The position numbers and the translations under genes were made by a program. From assembly GCA_944376825.1 (NCBI GenBank), contig CALWDY010000014.1, positions 842-64,841 of the forward strand: a DNA stretch of 64,000 nt. Direction: 5' to 3'. Below are positions 37,396 through 45,223 of this stretch, piece by piece (positions within the stretch are counted from its first letter, which is position 1; each line of letters starts with the position of its first letter). The stretch is from an uncultured Clostridia bacterium (GTDB taxonomy: Bacteria > Bacillota > Clostridia > Christensenellales > UBA1242). A model generated the notes under the pieces. It was given only the letters and a program-made list of their open reading frames with translations. It ran no database searches and was not told the DNA's origin.

Positions 37396-37424
37396 GCAAA
37401 AAAGCAAGCGTTTTACGCCTGCTT
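37396..37424 (-). terminator. Second of two tandem terminators after the exported-protein operon
   Basis: Minus strand AAGCAGGCG-TAAAA-CGCTTGCTT followed by TTTTGC. Confidence 0.7.
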
Positions 37425-37441
37425 CAAATTTTTGTTTAGGG

Positions 37442-37468
37442 CAAAAAAAGCAGGCGTTTACGCCTACT
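37442..37468 (-). terminator. First of two tandem terminators after the exported-protein operon
   Basis: Minus strand AGTAGGCG-TAAA-CGCCTGCT followed by TTTTTTTG. Confidence 0.75.
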
Positions 37469-37535
37469 TTTATTTGCCGTTTATAAAATTTATAAATTTT
37501 TTTGCTATTATAATAGCCCTATTTGTGTGCTTATT

Positions 37536-38108
37536 TTACTTAGCATCAAATAAGATATTAATTGGCAAACTAAAATTTCCCGATGCATTTGTTGTTGCAT
37601 CATCAAGCCCTATATAATAAACCAAATCTAATGGTTTTGAAATTGTAACCACCCCCGCAGTAGGACTAACAATAAATGTATTTACTGGTTTATTTGTTAT
37701 TGGTACTGGGGCAGCCGTAACAGTTCCTGTTTTATTTATTGTTGAAATTGTTACAACAATTTTATATGCAAACGATGTATTAAATTGCAATGTTTGCAAA
37801 TTCGCAAAACCCTCTTCACTGTTAATTACATTTGTGCTTGTGTCATAAGAAAACCAAGTTTGCGCTTTACCAAAAGTTTGCCAAGCAGAATCGCCTGCCG
37901 AAACCACCGAACTTTCTGTGTGCTTAACATTTGGGTCAAGTATATACATTTGCGTACTCACACCAACAAGCGCATTGCTTACCGTGTAAGTTAGTGTGCC
38001 ACTAACAGTGTAAGACACGCTTGACGCCGCATAAACACCAAATGCTAGCATCGAAATTGCCAAGCAAAATGAAGCAATTGTAACAAACAATTTAACTTTC
38101 TTTTTCAT
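37536..38108 (-). CDS. Exported beta-rich protein A, SipW-type (TasA-class) signal peptide candidate
   Basis: MKKKVKLFVTIASFCLAISMLAFGVYAA|SSVSYTVSGTL..; Thr/Val/Ser-rich mature part; paralog of next gene; GAGGGG RBS; adjacent to two SipW-like peptidases. Confidence 0.6.
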   Translation of the reverse strand: MKKKVKLFVTIASFCLAISMLAFGVYAASSVSYTVSGTLTYTVSNALVGVSTQMYILDPNVKHTESSVVSAGDSAWQTFGKAQTWFSYDTSTNVINSEEGFANLQTLQFNTSFAYKIVVTISTINKTGTVTAAPVPITNKPVNTFIVSPTAGVVTISKPLDLVYYIGLDDATTNASGNFSLPINILFDAK

Positions 38109-38167
38109 TTTGCCCCTCGCTTAGTTTTTGTAGTACAATTATATTATGCCTTCTACTCAACCAAAAA

Positions 38168-38749
38168 TTATTTTTTAAGAATTACAGTTAAAGTAAATCC
38201 AGCTCCCTCTGTCAAACTTTTTGTAACATCAGAAAGATATACATAGTATTCAAGAGTCACTTCCTTTGTTGTTTCATCTTCTGGTACTACAGGTACTGTT
38301 GCTGCATTGTCAGTTTTTGCCTGTACAACAAGGTTATCATCTTGTCCCTTTTTTACAATTTGTGTTCCTGCCAAATTAATAGCATTTGTTTTAGAATAGT
38401 TTGTAACTGTTACAACTATTTTAATTGCTGCATATTCTCCAAAAGTTGCAGCGATTGAATCACTTGGAGTATCTGATGTACTTCCATAGTTGTAATCATA
38501 ACCATTCAACGCTGGTGTTTCTGCTGTTTTGTTCCAAGTAACATTACCAGCTTGATCTGTTACATTTAGTAATGTATCGTTTGTATACCATTCAACATCA
38601 ATATCTGCGATAACGCCAGCAACTTCATATTCAACAGTACCGCTCAATGTATATGTAACTTGTGTTGCAGCATATACACCAAAAGCCATTAATGCAACTG
38701 CCAAACAAAGAGAAGCAATTGCTGAAAAAACTTTTATTTTTCTTTTCAT
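38168..38749 (-). CDS. Exported beta-rich protein B, SipW-type signal peptide candidate
   Basis: MKRKIKVFSAIASLCLAVALMAFGVYAA|TQVTYTLSGTV..; N-terminal ~45 aa nearly collinear with protein A; GGGAG RBS. Confidence 0.6.
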   Translation of the reverse strand: MKRKIKVFSAIASLCLAVALMAFGVYAATQVTYTLSGTVEYEVAGVIADIDVEWYTNDTLLNVTDQAGNVTWNKTAETPALNGYDYNYGSTSDTPSDSIAATFGEYAAIKIVVTVTNYSKTNAINLAGTQIVKKGQDDNLVVQAKTDNAATVPVVPEDETTKEVTLEYYVYLSDVTKSLTEGAGFTLTVILKK

Positions 38750-38943
38750 TTTAAATCTCCCTTTTTTATTTTTTTACAACCAAACATAGCAATCACACAT
38801 TTTTGTAAGAACGGCACCTTACTGTGTTACGCTTGTTTTGTTGTTTTTAAACTAGTTAAATTACTAGGCATTTTTATTATGCGTGAAAACGGCATTTTTA
38901 TCACACAAAAATATAAAATTTCATTTAACTAAGTTTCGATGTT

Positions 38944-38972
38944 ATTATATAAATTAAATAAGATTTGGTCAA
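38944..38972 (-). promoter_or_regulatory. Near-consensus sigma-A promoter of the exported-protein operon (leaves ~190-nt 5' UTR)
   Basis: Minus strand TTGACCaaatcttatttaatttaTATAAT (17-nt spacer). Confidence 0.75.
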
Positions 38973-39105
38973 ATAATTTTAAGCAATTTTAATCAATTTT
39001 TAATTTTTTTTTACACAATTATACAAAATACATTGTTTTATGCCACACTTATGCACCATATACTGAAAATTTAAAAAGCAATTCAAGCAAATTTAATAAA
39101 AAACC

Positions 39106-39139
39106 ACAAAAATACGCAATAGCAAATTGCTATTGCGTA
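39106..39139 (-). terminator. Terminator after SipW-like peptidase 1
   Basis: Perfect 12-bp stem TACGCAATAGCA-ATT-TGCTATTGCGTA followed by TTTTTG. Confidence 0.85.
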
Positions 39140-39143
39140 TTTT

Positions 39144-40166
39144 TTACTCCTTCACCTTTTCTGTATATATCAAATATGTCAATTCTTCATCAATATGTTT
39201 TATGTCCCACTTCCATTTTAAATGGTTCTTCCAAAAAAGCAAATATTCTCTTTTCCCTTTGTTTTTAAGAATTTCTATGCCTTCCTCTACATTATTTTTA
39301 AGAGTTTTTTGTTTTTTGTTTAAATTGGATTTAAACACCCACAAGTTATCAGCAAGTTCTTCCCTTTCTTCTTCTTCAACTTTCATATAATATATTATTT
39401 TGCAAACTTCTTCCATGTCGCCAGTTTTTATGAGTCTTTTTGCCTCTCTATCTTGCCAGTGCATTTCGCCTTTCATCAATTTTTTTTCAACATACATAAA
39501 ATTTATTTGTTCAATTAGAGCAAGCGACTGAAATATCACCAAAATTCCAAGCGGTATACAAACACAAACAACCATACCCATTGCACTTGAAAGCCATCTA
39601 ACTGCTCCTCTAAACCATGTTGGCGTTTCAATGTATTTACCCAAAACAAAGTCCGCTCTAACTTTTATGCTGTCAGGACTACCATTCGACGAACCTTTTG
39701 TTTCAAAAAATCTTGTTCCAGTTTCATCATAATATACATTTATAATTTCATGAAAAATCACCTTAAGTCCAGTTCCTTGCAAATCTTCAATTGTCAACCT
39801 ATCTTCTGGAATTGGTTTTGTTATCACAGGTTCTTGACTAACACTGTCTAGTTCCGTCAAAACCCTACCACTGTCAGCGGGATCTGTTTTTTGAAAAAAG
39901 GCAATAATATCACCTTTCCAAAGAGTGTTTGTGTCTGTTTTTTTGATAATAACATTGTCACCAATATTAAAGCCACTATTTTCCATACTACCAGATAATA
40001 TTCTTACAATTGAAACTCCAAAAAAAGAAGGGAGAGTGTCTGTTTTTGATTGAAAGAAAATAAGCAAACTTACGCAAAGTGAAATAATAACAATGGGAAA
40101 CAGCAAAATGTCTCCAATTTTTCCAAGCAAAGTATACGCAGTGTTTTTTGGTTTTTTATTTGTCAT
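39144..40166 (-). CDS. Archaeal/ER-type (S26B, SipW-like) signal peptidase with ~130-aa C-terminal cytoplasmic extension
   Basis: N-TM, VRILSGSME (Ser), GDIIAF, VIFHEII (His), ETKGSSNGSPD, second TM, then IEQINFMYVEKK..EEEREEL.. tail; start placed at MTNKKPKN (Met28 of track ORF; alt. 40247). Confidence 0.7.
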   Translation of the reverse strand: MTNKKPKNTAYTLLGKIGDILLFPIVIISLCVSLLIFFQSKTDTLPSFFGVSIVRILSGSMENSGFNIGDNVIIKKTDTNTLWKGDIIAFFQKTDPADSGRVLTELDSVSQEPVITKPIPEDRLTIEDLQGTGLKVIFHEIINVYYDETGTRFFETKGSSNGSPDSIKVRADFVLGKYIETPTWFRGAVRWLSSAMGMVVCVCIPLGILVIFQSLALIEQINFMYVEKKLMKGEMHWQDREAKRLIKTGDMEEVCKIIYYMKVEEEEREELADNLWVFKSNLNKKQKTLKNNVEEGIEILKNKGKREYLLFWKNHLKWKWDIKHIDEELTYLIYTEKVKE

Positions 40167-40244
40167 ATGGTTAGTGTAACACATACAAAAAAATTCTTGC
40201 AAACAATTTAACAAAACAAATAATTTATATGATTTAAAATATTG

Positions 40245-40270
40245 CAAAAAAATAAAGCCACGTGGCTTTA
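40245..40270 (-). terminator. Terminator overlapping the stop codon of SipW-like peptidase 2
   Basis: Palindrome TAAAGCCAC/GTGGCTTTA followed by TTTTTTT on the minus strand. Confidence 0.65.
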
Positions 40271-41902
40271 TTTTTTTGGTGGAATTTTTTTAGGTGGTTG
40301 TTTTTTTGCTGTACTTTCTTTATTTACATCAACCTTTTTAGGTGGCATTTTTTTAGTTTCAACTTTTGCATTGTTATTGATTTTTTTATCAGCATTTTGA
40401 TTGTTTGCCTTTCCCACCGTTTTTTGCAATGGTTTTTTTGGCGGTTTTTTAGGCTTTACACTTGATGTTTTTAGTTTTGTTTGCTTTTCATTTATTTCTT
40501 CTAGTTTATCATCAATAGATTTTTTAAGTTTTTCACCTTGTTTTACATCATATATATTTTTTTGATGTGCAAACTTATCTTCTTCTTTTGCTAACTCTTC
40601 TTTTTTAAGAATTTCATCTGCATCCATAAAATCATATGGATTTTCGCCATCACGATAGTTTTGATATTCTTTATTTAAAACATCAGCATATCTATCATTT
40701 TCTGCCTTTACCTGCGCTTGCGCAATTTGTTTTTTCATTCTCTTCGACTTAAACATATCAGACCAAGTTGAATAATATGGTTCCAAATTGTTTTCATCAT
40801 AAACATTTGTTGCAAGCTTGCTTGTTGCATAAATTTTTTGTTGTTTTTTATTTTGACTTTCTTCTAAACATCCCCACAAAAAGTTATACACATCCAATTT
40901 AAATTCACCGGGCATGACATCGTATAAGTATATTTTATCACTCTCTCGCATTTCAAGCCCAATGCTTGCCTTTGCGCACTCTTTTGTGTCAAAAGGAACT
41001 TCTCGATTTATAACCCTTTTTTCCAACAACAAATTGTTTATTTGCTCAATAACCGACAAAAGTTCAACCAAAACAACAATTGAAATTGGGAAAACAACTA
41101 GCAAAAGCATACCTTCCGTTGATGCACAGAAATTTATTAACGATGCCAACCAATCTGGCGTGCTCACATATTTACCAGCAACAAAATCTTCTCTAATTGC
41201 ATAACCATCAGTTGCAGAATTTGCCGTTCCTTTTGTCACATAAAATATTGTTCCAGAAGCATCTATTTTTATTTGAACAATTTGATGAAAATATACCGGA
41301 GTGTTTGCTTCTATAACCTCTTCAACAGTATCTCTATCCTCTGGCGCTTGTGTTTTTTCGTAATATTCTTTGTACTCTTCATAATAGAACTCTTCTCCAA
41401 CGCTTGCATTTATTATGGAATTATACAACTCTGTATTAAAAACAACCTCACCATTGTCATCTCTTACTGGACTATATCTATTTTCAACATAAACGGTTTG
41501 TCCATTTTCATCTGTAACAACATTACCGTTTTGATCTAACTTTTCAACTTGTTTTGTTTCAATTTGTGTTAAATTGAAAAGTTGAGCATTGTCTTCATCA
41601 TCATGATGATAATAAAAAGCAATAATATCTCCCACCTGATATGTTACATTTTTTGTTTGCACAACAGCAATGTCGCCTTTAACAAAATGGCGTTCTGCCT
41701 CTGGGCAATATTCACTCATACTGTTAGACAAAACCCTAACAAAAGTTTTTCCAAAAATTGGAGACACTAAATTATTGCTTCTTGCAACAAGCATAAAGAA
41801 ACTTGAAAAAAATGATATTATGATTATTGGATAAACAATAATATTTACAATATACTCCACAACTCTAAAAAACGTAGTTTTTCTTTTTACCTTCTTAACC
41901 AT
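40268..41902 (-). CDS. SipW-like S26B signal peptidase paralog, 544 aa, with acidic insert and ~260-aa C-terminal domain ending in PPKK repeats
   Basis: N-TM, VRVLSNSMSE, GDIIAFY, ~110-aa acidic insert, VYFHQIV, TKGTANSATD, second TM, IEQINNLLLEK.., tail KPKKPPKKPLQK..KKMPPKK..KKQPPKKIPPKK. Confidence 0.7.
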   Translation of the reverse strand: MVKKVKRKTTFFRVVEYIVNIIVYPIIIISFFSSFFMLVARSNNLVSPIFGKTFVRVLSNSMSEYCPEAERHFVKGDIAVVQTKNVTYQVGDIIAFYYHHDDEDNAQLFNLTQIETKQVEKLDQNGNVVTDENGQTVYVENRYSPVRDDNGEVVFNTELYNSIINASVGEEFYYEEYKEYYEKTQAPEDRDTVEEVIEANTPVYFHQIVQIKIDASGTIFYVTKGTANSATDGYAIREDFVAGKYVSTPDWLASLINFCASTEGMLLLVVFPISIVVLVELLSVIEQINNLLLEKRVINREVPFDTKECAKASIGLEMRESDKIYLYDVMPGEFKLDVYNFLWGCLEESQNKKQQKIYATSKLATNVYDENNLEPYYSTWSDMFKSKRMKKQIAQAQVKAENDRYADVLNKEYQNYRDGENPYDFMDADEILKKEELAKEEDKFAHQKNIYDVKQGEKLKKSIDDKLEEINEKQTKLKTSSVKPKKPPKKPLQKTVGKANNQNADKKINNNAKVETKKMPPKKVDVNKESTAKKQPPKKIPPKK

Positions 41903-41908
41903 GATTTT

Positions 41909-41937
41909 AGTATAACTTATTCTACAAAATTTTACAA
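41909..41937 (-). promoter_or_regulatory. Sigma-A-like promoter 6 nt from the ATG of SipW-like peptidase 2 (leaderless layout)
   Basis: Minus strand TTGTAAaattttgtagaataagtTATACTaaaatcATG; no SD. Confidence 0.6.
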
Positions 41938-41995
41938 CAATTTTTATAAATATGCTAAATTTTATTTACAAAAACAAAAATTCATAATAAAAAAA

Positions 41996-42442
41996 TCACT
42001 TGTTTCTTTTGCTTTTAAAAAAACTTTTAAGCAAATTTTCACAATTTTCATTTGGCAAATAAAAATGTTGTGTTTTATGATTTAATCTTAAATTGTTTTC
42101 CACAATTTGTTCAAACAAATTATTGTTATCATTTGTATCCTTTGCACCATAAAAAACAGTTTTTATTCTGGCGTTAACAATTGCCCCTGCACACATTGGG
42201 CAAGGTTTAAGCGTTACATACATTTCACAATCATCCAAACGCCAAGATTTAAGTTTTTTACATGCTTTTATTATTGCATCAACTTCTGCATGCAATATTG
42301 CATTTTGAGTTTTTTCACGCCTGTTGTATGCTTTTGATATGATTTTATTATTTTTTACTATAATTGCTCCAATTGGCACTTCATTCTTCTTGTATGCTTT
42401 TTTTGCCAATTCTATTGCAACATTCATAAATTTATTTTCCAT
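41996..42442 (-). CDS. tadA: tRNA adenosine(34) deaminase
   Basis: ..LHAEVDAI.., PCPMCAGAI; 148 aa. Confidence 0.92.
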   Translation of the reverse strand: MENKFMNVAIELAKKAYKKNEVPIGAIIVKNNKIISKAYNRREKTQNAILHAEVDAIIKACKKLKSWRLDDCEMYVTLKPCPMCAGAIVNARIKTVFYGAKDTNDNNNLFEQIVENNLRLNHKTQHFYLPNENCENLLKSFFKSKRNK

Positions 42443-42448
42443 GCAAAT

Positions 42449-42477
42449 ATGCTAGTACAAAATAAAAAAATAGTCAA
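42449..42477 (-). promoter_or_regulatory. Sigma-A-like promoter 6 nt from the tadA ATG (leaderless layout)
   Basis: Minus strand TTGACTatttttttattttgtacTAGCATatttgcATG; no SD. Confidence 0.55.
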
Positions 42478-42516
42478 TTTGAAAAATGGCTATTTTTATT
42501 TAATTTTAAATTTAAA

Positions 42517-42978
42517 TTATTTGTGATATGACACATTATTCATAATTGTAAAAGCCCTATAAATTTGTTCTAGCGCCATAACTCTAAAAAGTCTGTGAGG
42601 AAATGTCATTGCACTTAAACTAATTTTTTTATTTGCATTGTTTTTTAATGTATTTGACACCCCATAACTTCCACCAATAACAAAATTAATTTCGCTGTTA
42701 GTATTAAAAAATTTTTCAATAAAATTTGCAAATTTTTGGCTTGAAAAACTATCACCATCAACATCAAACAAAACAATGTTTGATGAATTTATTTTGTTTA
42801 AAATTTCTTTTGTTTCATTTTCAATTATTAGATCAATGTTACCCAATTCATTTTTTTCTTTTATTTCAATAATATTTATATTTGCAAAGCGAGAAATTCT
42901 CTTTTTATATTCCTCACACATTGAAATATATTCTTTATCCTTTAAATTGCCAACGCAATATAAATTTATTTTAAACAT
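42517..42978 (-). CDS. rlmH: 23S rRNA (pseudouridine1915-N3)-methyltransferase RlmH
   Basis: MFKINLYCVGNLKDKEY.., SPOUT C-terminus ..LSAMTFPHRLFRVMALEQIYRAF; ATG overlaps upstream stop (TAATG). Confidence 0.88.
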   Translation of the reverse strand: MFKINLYCVGNLKDKEYISMCEEYKKRISRFANINIIEIKEKNELGNIDLIIENETKEILNKINSSNIVLFDVDGDSFSSQKFANFIEKFFNTNSEINFVIGGSYGVSNTLKNNANKKISLSAMTFPHRLFRVMALEQIYRAFTIMNNVSYHK

Positions 42979-44087
42979 TATAAAATTCCCCAAATAAATG
43001 TAAATATGGTTATAAGGGCACTCATAAACAAATTTACATACAAAAATATGTTGTCTTTAAATGTTGGTTTATATAAATTTCCTCCCAAAATCGGCAAATT
43101 TTTAAAATTTACATTAAATATTCTTTTTGATCCAAGAATTTCTTTTGTAAACTCAATGTTGTCAACATCCTTTTTTTCTTCTTCAACCAAATCACCCATA
43201 ATTTCTTTTCTAAGTTCGCTTTTCATAATATCGTTGGCCATTTTGGTTAATTTTTGCACTCTTGTTTGCTTAAATAATTGAAGAGTTAAAAACATAAGCA
43301 GAAAAACAATTGTTATTATCAAAGCAAAAATGAGTATAATTGAAACAACAGGATTTCCACTTGCAAAAGAATTTAAAAAGTTGTTTATTGCAGTTCCTAT
43401 TGGCAAATTATGAAATAGCGAAAATCCCATTAAAGTGCTTACAGCATTATTTGTAAAATGCATAATCATTGTTGGATAAATACTGTCAGTTAAAAGAACA
43501 ACAAACCCGAAGAAAAAACCAATTATTGTTGCATAAAAGAATTGTTCGATATTAAGATGCATAAGTCCAAACAAAAGCCCACTTAAAAGAATTGCCTTTT
43601 TTGCCCCACTTTTTTTATAAACACTAAGAACCATTCCCCTATTTGCAACTTCTTCGCATATTCCAGGAAGAACACATGTGAAAATAAGTTCCAAAATTAA
43701 AAGCCAAACAGGATATGATTGCATAACAGAGCCAGATGTTTTTTCGTATCCTAAAAGTTTTAAAATAGCTGAAAAGAAGGTTGCAACAAAAATAGTTGCA
43801 AAATAAACCAACACGCCAATCAAAACAGAAAGCAAAACGGCTTTAAAATTTATTTTATGAAAACCGTACATGTCTAATGTTTGTTTTAACTTTTGTTTTC
43901 TTAAAAAAGAAAACAAAAACAAAGACAAGCAAAGCATTAGTCCAACTTGTATAACAAAATTAAGAACATAACCAACAACACCGCTAAGAGAGAAAGTCGC
44001 CGATATTATTCTTATAACAATAAACAAACCCAGTATTAAAAAATACACAAAATTACCATCAAAAATTTCACTTCTTTTCTTAAACAT
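42978..44087 (-). CDS. CPBP-family (CAAX/Abi) intramembrane glutamic protease 1
   Basis: Polytopic; EEVANRG, FGLMHLN, HFTNN motifs; long C-terminal extension. Confidence 0.8.
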   Translation of the reverse strand: MFKKRSEIFDGNFVYFLILGLFIVIRIISATFSLSGVVGYVLNFVIQVGLMLCLSLFLFSFLRKQKLKQTLDMYGFHKINFKAVLLSVLIGVLVYFATIFVATFFSAILKLLGYEKTSGSVMQSYPVWLLILELIFTCVLPGICEEVANRGMVLSVYKKSGAKKAILLSGLLFGLMHLNIEQFFYATIIGFFFGFVVLLTDSIYPTMIMHFTNNAVSTLMGFSLFHNLPIGTAINNFLNSFASGNPVVSIILIFALIITIVFLLMFLTLQLFKQTRVQKLTKMANDIMKSELRKEIMGDLVEEEKKDVDNIEFTKEILGSKRIFNVNFKNLPILGGNLYKPTFKDNIFLYVNLFMSALITIFTFIWGIL

Positions 44088-44105
44088 AACTTTCCTTTAT
44101 CTATT

Positions 44106-45101
44106 CTATGCACCAAAACCCGAAATTAAATCTACAACCCAAACAAAAATTGCAACAAAGGCGCCTGCCCATAAAAAAATGTTATACTTTTTATTAATGT
44201 TTGTGTTCAATTTTGGCAAATCTTCTATTATAATATCACTTTTTGTTTCTGTATATGAATCTTTTTTTTGTTTTTTTAATAAAAATTTTATTATTAAAGC
44301 AATTAAAAGTATTGCCGTTATGCAATAAGTTATTGCAAAAACCACCGACTTAACCGACAAAACAAACTCTGTTGGTTGCAAATTTTTTACTGTTGACACA
44401 TAAGTTACAACAATAACAATTGCATTATTTAAAAAATGAATAATCATAGGATAAATAATATTGTTTGTTTTAAGCATAACAAATGCCAAAACTGCCCCCA
44501 CTATAAATGGATATACAGTTTGTTCAATATTTAAGTGCATAAGTGAAAACAATATTGCACTACCAAAAATTGCCCACCACTTGTTATAGTCTTTTAAACC
44601 ATTAAATATAACCCCTCTAAACAACAATTCTTCAAATATAGCAGGAAGAATAGCCATTGCAAAAATCATTAAAAAAAAGATTCCAATGTTATCTATTTTA
44701 ACAGGCAAGTCGTTTTGCACTTTAAAGCCAAGTTCCTTTAAAACTGCTTCAAACATATTCACAATATCAGTAAAGCCAAAAGTACAAATAAATGCCAAAA
44801 CAACGCACAAAACAATGTTTAAAACGCTTATTTTACTTTTTATATTCAATGTATTTACCCAATTTATTTTTGCTTTCTTGTTGTATATAAAAAACAAACT
44901 ACTAAAAGCAATTGGAGATATAAACAGTGAAAAATATATAAACACTTGGTTGTTTGACAAATCATCTATATTTGCGCCTAGCAACATAGCTATAATAGTT
45001 GCAAGAACCATATAAATTATACTTACAACTGACGGAAAAATTATTGATCCAAAAAAGCAAAAACCTGCATCATATTTGTTATATTTTATTTTTTTATCCA
45101 T
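44106..45101 (-). CDS. CPBP-family (CAAX/Abi) intramembrane glutamic protease 2
   Basis: Polytopic; EELLFRG, FSLMHLN, HFLNN; start at MDKKIKYNK (alt. 45140); TTGTGA-16-TATAAT-7-ATG, no SD. Confidence 0.78.
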   Translation of the reverse strand: MDKKIKYNKYDAGFCFFGSIIFPSVVSIIYMVLATIIAMLLGANIDDLSNNQVFIYFSLFISPIAFSSLFFIYNKKAKINWVNTLNIKSKISVLNIVLCVVLAFICTFGFTDIVNMFEAVLKELGFKVQNDLPVKIDNIGIFFLMIFAMAILPAIFEELLFRGVIFNGLKDYNKWWAIFGSAILFSLMHLNIEQTVYPFIVGAVLAFVMLKTNNIIYPMIIHFLNNAIVIVVTYVSTVKNLQPTEFVLSVKSVVFAITYCITAILLIALIIKFLLKKQKKDSYTETKSDIIIEDLPKLNTNINKKYNIFLWAGAFVAIFVWVVDLISGFGA

Positions 45102-45223
45102 GGCATATATTATACATATAAAACGCAAAATCACAAGCATTTAAAAAATAAAATCGCACTTTTTTGATTTTGTAGTGTAAAAATCATACTCACAATGCGA
45201 TTAATAAATATTATATCCATAAA

